From assembly GCA_903902345.1 (NCBI GenBank), contig CAIUUR010000499.1, forward strand, positions 1 to 56,433: 56,433 nucleotides of DNA, in the 5' to 3' direction. The stretch comes from an uncultured Geobacteraceae bacterium. Its GTDB lineage: Bacteria > Desulfobacterota > Desulfuromonadia > Geobacterales > CAIOGM01. Of the stretch, positions 44,841 to 54,089 are shown in pieces. Made by a program: the position numbers and the translations under genes. The first letter of the stretch is position 1; every line of letters begins with the position of its first letter. A model generated the notes under the pieces. The model did no database searches. It was not told the origin of the DNA and saw only the letters and a program-made list of their open reading frames with translations.

Positions 44841-45205
44841 TTTTTCTTGTCCGCGCAGATATGGAGCTGACAATGGAGACAGCTCCTGAGGTAGAGGGGG
44901 GTGACGCCATGCATATGGAACAGATTGCCGCAGCGGGGGCATCTGGCGGTGGTCACGAAACCGACCGCCACGACCAGCAGAATGAGCCAGATCCCGAAGA
45001 GCACCCCTGTGGTCCTGTCCGAATGAGTCAGGGTAAGGGAGGTCCAGATTGCCGGGAGGTAGGCGGTGATGAGCGACCAGAGGAACCAGCGGCGCTTACG
45101 TAGCTTACGCAATCCTGCGGCGATTACCATCGGGTCCACGGTTGTCGACTCGTCCATGTTCCTACCCTCTCTCCCCCTGCTCCCCGCCATGATGCTCATT
45201 CTCAC
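44837..45205 (-). CDS. Small membrane protein with C-terminal Cys4 zinc-ribbon-like motif
   Basis: Two hydrophobic helices (WFLWSLITAYLPAIWTSL, VLFGIWLILLVVAVGFV), then CPRCGNLFHM...CLHCQLHIC. The start may be the internal ATG at 45157. Confidence 0.5.
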   Translation of the reverse strand: MRMSIMAGSRGREGRNMDESTTVDPMVIAAGLRKLRKRRWFLWSLITAYLPAIWTSLTLTHSDRTTGVLFGIWLILLVVAVGFVTTARCPRCGNLFHMHGVTPLYLRSCLHCQLHICADKKK

Positions 45206-45289
45206 AGGCGACGTTATGTTTCTATCACAGGAGCGTCATGATGTAGAGCTGAAAGTGTCGACAGGGTGCGTCACATTTCATTCCGAAAA

Positions 45290-45458
45290 CGGCTTTTCAC
45301 CACAGAGTCACAGAGAACACAGAGAAATCATTGGAGAAAACGTAGTAGTACGACCATACACCGTATGGGTAAATCCAAGGCCAAGAACGGGTGCGCTATA
45401 ACTGCTTTATTTGTTTATGCTTTATCTCTGTGACCTCTGTGGTGAACTGCTTTTTCCC
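45290..45458. repeat. Structured palindromic intergenic element, copy 2
   Basis: Left arm ttcaccacagagtcacagagaacacagagaaat. Right arm atctctgtgacctctgtggtgaactgcttttt. Confidence 0.85.
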
Positions 45459-45583
45459 GGTTGATTGCACCTTACGTCGAAAATGAAATTGCTAGTTAAT
45501 GGTTGATGGTTTACTCTCCCCGGAAGCAGTGACTGGTGACTGGGGCAAACTCTGAACCTTGAACCTTGAACGGGTGTTGATTT

Positions 45584-46513
45584 GTGACTACGCGGGCATT
45601 GGAATTATTTAGCGGTATCGGTGGGTTTGCCGCGGCGGTGGCGGGCAGGGGCGTTCGGGTGGTGGCGGCGTTGGAGCAGGAGCCGTCGGCCCTGGCAACC
45701 TATCGCCTCAACTTTCCGGAGCACCCGACCCGGCAGGTGGATCTGGAGCGGATCGGCGCCTGGGAACTGACTGCACCGGCCGCGGAGCTCTGGTGGCTCT
45801 CCCCCCCCTGCCAGCCCTACTGCGAACGGGGTGCACGGCGGGATCTGGACGATGGTCGGGCGGGGAGCCTTCGGCAGCTCCTGGCGATCCTGGCCAGGCT
45901 TCCGGAGGAGCTTCTTCCGCGGTACCTGGCCCTGGAGAATGTCGCCGGATTTCAGGGATCGCAGGCCCATGGCCGTCTCACCGACGTTCTCGCCGGTCGG
46001 GGGTATAACCTGCGGGAACGGCTTCTCTGCCCCACTCAATTGGGCGTCCCCTCCCGTCGTCCCCGCCTCTACCTCGCCGCATCCCTCCTGCCCCTGGCTC
46101 CGGAACAGTGCATTGATCCTTTCCCCCTCCGACACCTTGCCGGATACCTTGATCCGGCGATGGCTGAGAACGCTCCCCATGAACTCCTTCTCTCCCCTGA
46201 GATTGTCGCTTCCTACGGTGATGCGCTCCCCATTCTGGCGCCTGCCGACCCCGTCGCCTGTACCACCTGTTTCACCTCCGGCTATGGCCGTTCCCTGGTA
46301 AACGCCGGTTCGTACCTCCGGTGCGGTTCCCGGGTCCGCCGCTTTACCCCCGAGGAGATCGTTCGCCTGCTTCATTTCCCGGAGAGCTTCCGTTTTCCCG
46401 ACGGAATGACGCTTCGGAGGAGATGGGGGCTGGCGGGGAACAGCCTCTCCATTGTCGCCGTGAGGGAGATTCTCCGAGCGTTTCCGGATTTGGCGGAGAC
46501 GCAATTAGCCTAA
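45584..46513 (+). CDS. Dnmt2-type cytosine-5 methyltransferase (probable tRNA C38 methyltransferase)
   Basis: GTG start. LELFSGIGGF (motif I), SPPCQPY (IV), LALENVAGF (VI), GVPSRRPRLYL (VIII), the Dnmt2-specific CFTSGYG, RRFTPEEIVRLLHFPESFRFP (IX), GNSLSIV (X). Only 309 aa with a very short target-recognition region. Confidence 0.85.
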   Translation: MTTRALELFSGIGGFAAAVAGRGVRVVAALEQEPSALATYRLNFPEHPTRQVDLERIGAWELTAPAAELWWLSPPCQPYCERGARRDLDDGRAGSLRQLLAILARLPEELLPRYLALENVAGFQGSQAHGRLTDVLAGRGYNLRERLLCPTQLGVPSRRPRLYLAASLLPLAPEQCIDPFPLRHLAGYLDPAMAENAPHELLLSPEIVASYGDALPILAPADPVACTTCFTSGYGRSLVNAGSYLRCGSRVRRFTPEEIVRLLHFPESFRFPDGMTLRRRWGLAGNSLSIVAVREILRAFPDLAETQLA

Positions 46514-46525
46514 AAGCGGCGGTCA

Positions 46526-46668
46526 ATCACGCGGAGACGCGGAGACCGCGGAGAAATTCAAGATGTTATGGTACGTGGTGCCTGCGCCAGTCAGGTAAAA
46601 GAAAATTGCGCCGTAATTGACTTGTTTGCCTCGTTTTCTCCGCGTCGCCGCGTGCAACTGCTTTTTTT
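46526..46668. repeat. Structured palindromic intergenic element, copy 3 (CGCGGAG arm variant)
   Basis: Left arm cacgcggagacgcggagaccgcggagaaat. Right arm ttctccgcgtcgccgcgtgcaactgcttttttt. Confidence 0.8.
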
Positions 46669-46761
46669 AGAATTAAAAATGATTGCCGATAACAGCTTGC
46701 CTTGCGGAGTGCAAGAATGCTAGTATTGGAAAAATTTGTTTAAACCCGTTCGCCTTGGGAC

Positions 46762-48852
46762 GTGACCACTATGTCCGCTCTCCCTCCTGAAACCATCCGC
46801 AATATCGGCATCATCTCTCACATTGACGCGGGGAAGACCACCGTGTCGGAACGGATTCTCTTCTACTCCGGCGAAACCCACAAAATGGGTGAGGTCCACG
46901 ACGGGGCCGCGGTCATGGACTGGATGCCCCAGGAGCAGGAACGGGGGATCACCATTACCGCCAGCGCCACCACCTGCCAGTGGCGGGATGTCACCATCAA
47001 CCTTATCGATACCCCCGGCCATATCGATTTCACCATGGAAGTGGAACGGAGTATGCGGGTGCTGGATGGCGCCATCGCGGTCTTCAGCGCCGTGGAGGGG
47101 GTCCAGCCTCAAAGCGAGTCGGTCTGGAGGCAGGCGGAACGGTATGGGGTTCCCCGCATCTGCTTTGTGAACAAGATGGACCGGGTGGGGGCTGACCTGG
47201 AGAACGTCATGCTGCGAATCCGGGAGCGGCTCAAGGCGCGGCCGCTTCTCCTGCAGCTCCCTCTGGGGAGCGAAAGCCGCTTTTCCGGGGTCATCGATCT
47301 GCTTACGGAAGAGGTGGTGACCTTTGACGAGGGGGATCAGGGGCGGACCGTCACCCGGCGACCCCTTCCGGAGGAGTACCGGGAGGTTGCGGCCAGAGCT
47401 CGGGAGCTGATCGTGGAGGCTGCGGCGGATTTTGACGACGCGGTCATGGCTGATTACCTTGCGGGGGTCGCGATCTCCCCGGAGAGGCTCCTCCCCCCGC
47501 TTCGGGCGGCGGTCCTTTCCTGCCGGCTTTTCCCCCTGTTTCTGGGGAGTGCGCTGCGCAACAAGGGGATTCAGCCGCTCCTGGACGGGGTGGCGGCCTT
47601 TCTCCCTTCGCCTCTGGACAGGGGGACGGTTCGCGGGAGTAACCCGGTCACGGGTGTCGAAGAGGAGGTCATCTGCCGCGCCCCAGGGCCGTTGCGGGCG
47701 CTGGCGTTCAAGGTCCAGGCGGATGAGGGGCGCAAGCTGACCTATCTCCGGATCTACTCCGGCGCCCTCCGGACGGGGGAGTCGCTGCTCAACAGCTCGA
47801 GAAACAGGGTCGAGAAGATCGGGCGCCTCTTCCGGATGCACTCCCACCGGCGGGAACAGATCGAAAGCGCCTCGGCCGGCGATATCGTCGCCGTCGCCGG
47901 GTTCAAGGAGGCGCTTACCGGGGACACCCTTTGCGATCCGCATCATCCCCTGCTGCTGGAGGGGGTGGCTATCCCCGAACCGGTGGTCTCGCTGGCAGTG
48001 GAGGCTCAAGGGGTCGATGACCGGGAGCGGCTCCCTGCCGCCCTGGAAAAGCTCCTCTGGGAAGATCCCACGTTCAGAGTTCATGAAGAGCGGGATACGG
48101 GGCAAACCATCCTCACGGGAATGGGGGAACTTCATCTGGAGATCCTTCTGGATCGACTTTTTCGGGAGTTCGGCGTTCGGGTCAGTAGCGGCCCTCCCCG
48201 GGTGGTCTACCGGGAGACCATTCAGCAGCAGGTGGAACACCGGGAGCTCTTTTTGAGGGAGGTGGAGGGAAGGGTGCAGAAGGGGGAGGTGCTCCTGCGG
48301 CTCACCCCACTCCCACGGGGGGCCGGGGTGCGGGTCGTGCTGCCGCCGCCGGAGCGGCTCCCGCTCACCCCGGAACAGCTGCGGAACCTGACCTCCTCCC
48401 TGCTCCAGGGGTGTGCGGCCGGCTCCTTCTCCGGTTACCCCCTGACGGATCTGGAGCTGCTCCTTCTGGAGACCCCCTTTGAGCCGGGGATTACCACCGA
48501 GCTGGGGCTACGGGCCGCAGCCCTGAAGGGGCTTGTGATGGCGGCCCGCTCTGCGCTTCCCACCCTCCTGGAGCCGGTCATGGCGCTGGAACTGACGGTG
48601 CCGGCTGAAACGACGGGGAAAGTCCTGGGCGGAATTCAGCAGAGGCGGGGGCGGGTGGAGGGGGTCGAGGGTCGAGATGACCGGGAGATTATCCGGGCGT
48701 TGGCCCCCCTGGCGGGGATGTTCGGGTATATGACCGAACTTCGGAGCGCCACCAGGGGGCGGGGGAGTTATACCATGGAATTCTCCCACTATGACCGGGC
48801 GCCGCTGGAGGTTCAGTGGCGGTTCGGGGTGTTATCTCCTCTCCCCCAGTAA
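46762..48852 (+). CDS. Elongation factor G family GTPase (stand-alone paralog, not in a str operon)
   Basis: [16 protein letters not shown] (G1), DTPGHIDF (G3), NKMDR (G4). Five-domain length (696 aa). Start is GTG 46762 or ATG 46771. Confidence 0.9.
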   Translation: MTTMSALPPETIRNIGIISHIDAGKTTVSERILFYSGETHKMGEVHDGAAVMDWMPQEQERGITITASATTCQWRDVTINLIDTPGHIDFTMEVERSMRVLDGAIAVFSAVEGVQPQSESVWRQAERYGVPRICFVNKMDRVGADLENVMLRIRERLKARPLLLQLPLGSESRFSGVIDLLTEEVVTFDEGDQGRTVTRRPLPEEYREVAARARELIVEAAADFDDAVMADYLAGVAISPERLLPPLRAAVLSCRLFPLFLGSALRNKGIQPLLDGVAAFLPSPLDRGTVRGSNPVTGVEEEVICRAPGPLRALAFKVQADEGRKLTYLRIYSGALRTGESLLNSSRNRVEKIGRLFRMHSHRREQIESASAGDIVAVAGFKEALTGDTLCDPHHPLLLEGVAIPEPVVSLAVEAQGVDDRERLPAALEKLLWEDPTFRVHEERDTGQTILTGMGELHLEILLDRLFREFGVRVSSGPPRVVYRETIQQQVEHRELFLREVEGRVQKGEVLLRLTPLPRGAGVRVVLPPPERLPLTPEQLRNLTSSLLQGCAAGSFSGYPLTDLELLLLETPFEPGITTELGLRAAALKGLVMAARSALPTLLEPVMALELTVPAETTGKVLGGIQQRRGRVEGVEGRDDREIIRALAPLAGMFGYMTELRSATRGRGSYTMEFSHYDRAPLEVQWRFGVLSPLPQ

Positions 48853-50418
48853 CCTCCGCGCTTCGGCGGCTCCGTCAAAGTCAGGGGAGATATTCAGCGC
48901 CTTCTCCACCTCTGTGCGACCCGTCACGCTCTGCCCTGCCTTGAGAAGCGCCACTCCGTAATGGTAATGGTGGGCCGGACTGGCAGGTTGTCCACTTGTA
49001 GCCAGCCGCAGGAGGGGAAGGGCCTGGTTCAGCTTTCCCTGCTTGAAGAGGACCCACCCCATGGTGTCCTGCACCGCAGGCTCCCTGGGGTAGCGGGAGT
49101 AAATCCGGGATGCCAGTTCGGCCGCCCGTGCCAGGTCGTAGCCATGCTCAGCGTGGAGCAGGGCCGCATTGTTGATGATCGTACGGTTATTGGGGGACCG
49201 CTTGAGAGCCTCTTCATAGCATTGCAGCGCCGGGATATACTCCCGGCGCCGGACGTAAAGCTCACCCAGGGCAACCAGCGGCAGCGGTGAGACCGTGTCC
49301 TGTCTAGCCGCCTCCTTGAGCATCGTTTCCGCCTCTCCTCGCCGTCCCTCGCCATCACGGGCGGTTGCCAGTGCCGCCTTCAGATCCGTATCCCGGGGGT
49401 TCACTCTCAGGCCGTTTTCCGCCTCTCGTCCGGCGTCGGCAAAGGAGTGGGAGTTGAGGAGCATGCCGACGAGAAGATTTCTGACCTCTCTGTTGGCGGA
49501 ATTGGTCGCCAGTATGGCCCGGTATTGCTCCGCCGCCGGCTCCACCCTTCCGGTGGAGCGGTAGATTCCCGCCAGCAGCAATCGTGGTTCCGGCGCCTTC
49601 TGCGCCAGGAGCAGCGCCAGACCAGCCTCGGTGACGGCCTCTTCCTTCAGCCCCATGGCAAAGGCGAGTTGCCCCAGTTCCAGATGGGCGAGGTAGAGTT
49701 TGGGTTCGATTCTCACCGACTCCTTATACCCCCTGCGGGCTTCAGGCAGGTTGCCCAGCTGCCAGTGACAGCGGGCCAGCCAGAGGAGAGCCTCGTAGTC
49801 GTTGGGATTTTCCTTGATGGCGTTACGGAGTTCCACTGTTGCCTCCCGGAATTGCTGCTGTCGGAAGTAGCGGACGGCGCTGGTCAGGTAGCGGGATGCA
49901 AGGGATTGCTGCTGTAGAAGTTTGTACTGTCGCACCCCCCAGATGCTTCCAAGGGCAAGAACCCCCACAACCCCCCCAACGCAGAATCTCATGCTGCTTC
50001 TTTTAAGCCACCATCGATAGAAATGAACCTTGGTGGCGCGTTGGTAGGTGCGCCGGGAGATGAAGAGGTCGACGAGCACCAAGATGGTCATGATCAGGGC
50101 TATGCCGAGCCCCCACCTTACCATGAACGGGAGTCGTATCCGCTTCAGAATCTCCGGGAGAACCAGAGTGTATTCTTGCAGGAGGAGAGCCAGGGAAAAG
50201 ACGATCACCAACGCAGCCATCCCCAGGAGTTTGACACCGTTCATGGTGGCCCAGCGTTGGAGGAAGGGGAGAAAGCGGGAGGTGCTTCCCCGTTTGCGCC
50301 GATTCTGGCTCCAGGCAAAGCTGAGATCGACGGTTAAAAAAATGATCAAGGTTGCGAGCAGCAGTGACCATAACAGCGGTGTTGTCATATGCGGTACCTC
50401 AAGTAGGGGAACGTTCAC
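48832..50418 (-). CDS. Membrane-anchored TPR-repeat protein
   Basis: About 170 aa with 4-5 hydrophobic helices, then at least 8 TPR-like repeats ([22 protein letters not shown]..., [31 protein letters not shown]...). Confidence 0.8.
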   Translation of the reverse strand: MNVPLLEVPHMTTPLLWSLLLATLIIFLTVDLSFAWSQNRRKRGSTSRFLPFLQRWATMNGVKLLGMAALVIVFSLALLLQEYTLVLPEILKRIRLPFMVRWGLGIALIMTILVLVDLFISRRTYQRATKVHFYRWWLKRSSMRFCVGGVVGVLALGSIWGVRQYKLLQQQSLASRYLTSAVRYFRQQQFREATVELRNAIKENPNDYEALLWLARCHWQLGNLPEARRGYKESVRIEPKLYLAHLELGQLAFAMGLKEEAVTEAGLALLLAQKAPEPRLLLAGIYRSTGRVEPAAEQYRAILATNSANREVRNLLVGMLLNSHSFADAGREAENGLRVNPRDTDLKAALATARDGEGRRGEAETMLKEAARQDTVSPLPLVALGELYVRRREYIPALQCYEEALKRSPNNRTIINNAALLHAEHGYDLARAAELASRIYSRYPREPAVQDTMGWVLFKQGKLNQALPLLRLATSGQPASPAHHYHYGVALLKAGQSVTGRTEVEKALNISPDFDGAAEARRLLGERR

Positions 50419-50531
50419 CTACCGGAATTCACGGAAAGACGTCCCTCCCCTTGGGTTAAGGGAAGGACAGGAGGGGTTACGATAGTCATGCGTTTGCATT
50501 GAGCTGGATAGTTCCCAACTTTTTACGTCTG

Positions 50532-50568
50532 ACACTGAAAAGCCCGCCGTGAGGCGGGCTTTTCAGTG
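50532..50568. terminator. Bidirectional-looking Rho-independent terminator (ends the PEP-CTERM gene on the minus strand)
   Basis: Perfect 17-bp stem acactgaaaagcccgcc gtga ggcgggcttttcagtgt. Confidence 0.8.
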
Positions 50569-50594
50569 TTACACAAATAAGAGGTCGCTCCGGT

Positions 50595-51233
50595 TTAAAC
50601 TGTTTTGCTCAGTTTCTTCCGGGCAAAACCAACCACTCCCAGGCTGAGGCAGAGGAGGAGATAGGTAGTGGGCTCGGGGGTGACGTACATGGAGGTCAGC
50701 TGGACTCCGTCGGTATTCCCGCCGTTGGTGCCGAGCTGGAACGGTGAAATCCCTGTGGGGGCCGTCGGTGATGTTGCGGCAAACACCAGCTGGAAATCCC
50801 CGGTGTACGATCTTGGCGGTGTGCTTTCCGTAAGAATATCCGGTGTACCCCAAGTCTTGCTGGTGGGGCTGGAGGTCGCCTGCCCCACCAGCTGAGATCC
50901 TTCCGCCATGTTCAGTCCGAGGATCGATGTGTCGAAAATTACCGAACTGAAATCGCCCAGATTGAATGTGCCATTGCCGTCGGTGGAATTGCTCACGGTC
51001 AGGGTGAGATAGGGAACCGCAGCGAGTCCGCCGGGTGTTGTCAGATCGAAGGTGTTGAGTCCCGGATTCGATAGAAGGAGGCTGTCGAAATGGATGGTGC
51101 CGTTGACCTCAGCGCTATTTGGACCGTCGGTGAAGGCGGAACCCAGAAAGGTAAAGTCGATGGCAATGAGCGAGGCCGCCGCCGGGAGAGCGGTTGCGAG
51201 TAGCAGCAGCAGGGCAAGTAGAATTCGTTTCAT
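50595..51233 (-). CDS. PEP-CTERM sorting-domain secreted protein
   Basis: Signal peptide MKRILLALLLLLATALPAAAS. C-terminus VTPEPTTYLLLCLSLGVVGFARKKL (PEP motif, TM helix, basic tail). Confidence 0.85.
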   Translation of the reverse strand: MKRILLALLLLLATALPAAASLIAIDFTFLGSAFTDGPNSAEVNGTIHFDSLLLSNPGLNTFDLTTPGGLAAVPYLTLTVSNSTDGNGTFNLGDFSSVIFDTSILGLNMAEGSQLVGQATSSPTSKTWGTPDILTESTPPRSYTGDFQLVFAATSPTAPTGISPFQLGTNGGNTDGVQLTSMYVTPEPTTYLLLCLSLGVVGFARKKLSKTV

Positions 51234-51264
51234 CAGTTCCTCCCTAAAATGATAGTTACGACAG

Positions 51265-54087
51265 TTACTGGACCTGTCCGGTCAAGTTCGTGGTTCCCGT
51301 GCCGCCGCCGGTGGCGGAATAATTGATGGAGACGTTGAACTTGGTCAGTTTCGGGCAGGTGCCGAAGTTAATGGGGATGGCCGCTGTGGCCCCGGTGGCG
51401 CCGGCGAGGATAGTTCCCGTTCCGGCGGTAACATTTATGGGGGTGGCGGCAACCGTGGCCGGTTGACAGGCGCTACTCGTGCCCGACGAAAAAACGATGG
51501 AGGTGATTTTCGCCGAGGTGACCTGGGTAGCTCCGCTGTTGGTCAGATTGATCGTCCAATTCCGCACTCCTGCACCGGTGCCCGCCACCTTGGTTGGAAC
51601 GGATGCGCTGAGAGTCAATGAAACTGTGGCCATATTGGCGGTGAGTGTGACGGGGCCGGTAAGGGCGGTCAGTGTTGTCGCCGCGCTGGCCGGAGTCGCC
51701 GCTGCACCGCTCCACGAGACGAAGTCGTAGCCGGCCGCGGCGGTGGCGATGAACGAGGGGGTGCTCCCCGCCGGGTACCAGGTGGCCACGGCAGGGATGG
51801 TCGTCCCGCTGGCGGGGGTCACGGTGCTTCCCACTTTCAACTGCGGGGTCACCAGATACTCAGTTTCGAAGGCGGCGGTGTAGGTAGTGTCCGTGCCGGG
51901 GGTCGTCACGGAGTGGCTCTGTGCTCCGCCGTCGGACCAGGATTTGTAATCATAGCGGTATCCTGTCGCACCGGCCTGCTGCGAAGTGGCGACGTTGATG
52001 GTATGGCTTTCTCCCACCGGCCACCAGAAAGTCGTGGCTACGGACAACGATGCCCCGCCGTCCACGGTATAAGACTTGCCGGTGGGTGTGGTCGTCACGA
52101 CCACCTTGGTCAGCACACTCTGGGTTATGGCCCCGGAGGTGGAGGTGATGAAATTGCCGACGCTGTCGGTGAACACCGCGGTGATGGTGTGGTTGCCGGG
52201 GGTAAGCGCGGTGGTGGCGTAGGTGGCGACTCCTGCCGTGACGGTGGCGCCGGAGGCATTCAGCGCGGTGGCGCCATCATAGAAGACCACCTTTCCGGAG
52301 GCATTAGATGGGGTGATCGTCGCCTTGAAGGTAACCGAGGCGCCGTGGTTGGAAGGGGTCACGCTGCCGCTGTTCAGCGCCAGAACGGCCGTCGTGGGGA
52401 TCGCGTTAATAGTCAGAGCGATGGGATCGGAAGTTTTCAGCGGTTGGTAGCCATCCTGGTTCGGGTCAATGGTGGCGTAGACGCTATGGACTCCCGCTTT
52501 CAGGGTCGAGGTTGAAAATGTCGCGGTTCCATTGTTTGCCGCAATCAGAGTCGTCTGATAAATTTGCGTAGTTCCATCCTTGATGAGCAGGGTTCCCGTG
52601 GCGTCCGGCTTGTTGACCTTCACCGTAAAGGTGATCGGGTCCCCGTAGTTTGTGAGAGTTTTGTCGGAGGAGATGAGGATGACGAAGCTGGTGGAGGCAT
52701 CAAGAGACTGGCTTCGACTGGGTGACGTGGAACCGTTGTAGTTGGGATCGCCGTTGTCATTGTAGACGGCGTAAACGGGATAGCTTCCGGTGTTATATCC
52801 GGTGGTAACAAATGACGATGTGGCCGTTCCGTTGACGAGGGCAACTGTTTCCTTGTTGACGCCGTCAAAGTAGAAGTCCACCGTCCCTGTAGCGTCGGAG
52901 GGCGAAACAGTGGCGGTGTAGGTTACCTGCTGATCTGCCGGAGAGGCCCAGGCACTGGAGCTTACCGCAGTAGTGGTGCCGTTCTTGAACTTCATCACGG
53001 TCGCGGGACCAGATGCGCCATCCTTGTAAGCCAAATGAGGTATTCCGTCAGAAGAAAATGCCAGGGAAGTGTAGGATACTGTCCCGGCGGAGAGTCCGGC
53101 GCTTCCGACAGTGCTCCAGCTGGCGGCGATATTGTCATACCTTTTTACTGTCGCTCCGTTATGGTTATTGTCTTGGAACGCAATGTAGAGCGTGCCGTCC
53201 GGGGCGATGGCCGATGTTATGTAGCTGTATTGATCGCTACTTGCCGGAGTAGTGAGGGGGGACCAGCTCAACGATGTCGGACCAAGCTTCTGCACAGCCA
53301 CCGCGTAATTTGTTTGGCCGTCATCTGACTTGTACGTCAGATACATGGTTCCGTCGGGAGCAATCGCCAGCGATGGGTATGTCGCAATGCCGGTAAGTCC
53401 GGTGCCTGCGGCACTCCAGGAACCGCCGCTGAACTTCATGACCGCAGCAGAACCGCCGTTGTTCTGATACGCCACATAGGGAGTCCCGTCAGGAGCAAAG
53501 GCCAGAGAGACGTAACTTGTGACGCCGGAACCGATGGAGCCAACGGCAGACCAGGATGTTCCATTGAACATCATGACAGTCGCATTGTTGGTTGCGTCCT
53601 GATATGCCACATAGGGGGTTCCGTTGGGAGCAAAGGCCAATGAGGTGTAACTTGCCACATCGGTTGAGAATCCGGGTGACCCGACATCATCCCAGGTATA
53701 ACCATTACTATTGAATTTTTTCACTGTTACGAATCCGCTGGAGTTACTATCGGAATACGCCACGTAAGGTGTTCCATCGGGAGCAAAGGCCAATGATGTG
53801 TAATCAGCCTGACCGGCGGAAAACCCGGCGGCACCCAGCGAGCCCCAGGCGGGGGAGGTGCGCGTTGCCGCTGCTATTGTGGTAATAGTTGTCGTTGCCG
53901 GGGTCTCCTGGAGGGTGATATTGCCGGCGGTGAAGCAGACCGTGTACGGAGTAGCTTGGGTCAGGTTGCGCACGGTATAATGTGCAGAGATGTTGGCGAA
54001 GAGGGGGAGCGAGCCATGGTACGGCGCCGCAACACCACCGGCCGACAGTCCCGCTTTAATCTCAGACTTCCTGATCCAGACGGCATT
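51265..54087 (-). pseudogene. 5'-truncated large surface protein gene (six ~48-aa propeller-like repeats plus several Ig-like domains), interrupted by the IS element
   Basis: The frame is open from 54087 to the stop at 51265 but has no ATG and no signal peptide at its 5' end. The open frame reads straight out of the IS-proximal sequence (...IKAGLSAGGVAAPYHGSLPLFANISAHYTVRNLTQATPYTV...). The GTG at 53973 used by the ORF track sits in mid-domain. Confidence 0.6.
52968..53850 (-). repeat. Six tandem ~145-nt coding repeats (YTSLAFAPDGTPYVAY blades)
   Basis: Protein-level repeats YTSLAFAPDGTPYVAYSD / YTSLAFAPNGTPYVAYQD / YVSLAFAPDGTPYVAYQN / YPSLAIAPDGTMYLTYKS / YITSAIAPDGTLYIAFQD / YTSLAFSSDGIPHLAYKD. 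DNA-level recurrence of ggagcaaaggcca(a/g)tga...gtaa. Confidence 0.8.
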
Positions 54088-54089
54088 TT

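Noticed and set aside
46762-48852. Tet(M)/Tet(O)-type ribosomal protection protein.
   Set aside because: Its length and domain layout fit EF-G itself (696 aa). There is no resistance-island context, and I cannot separate the subfamilies without a phylogeny.
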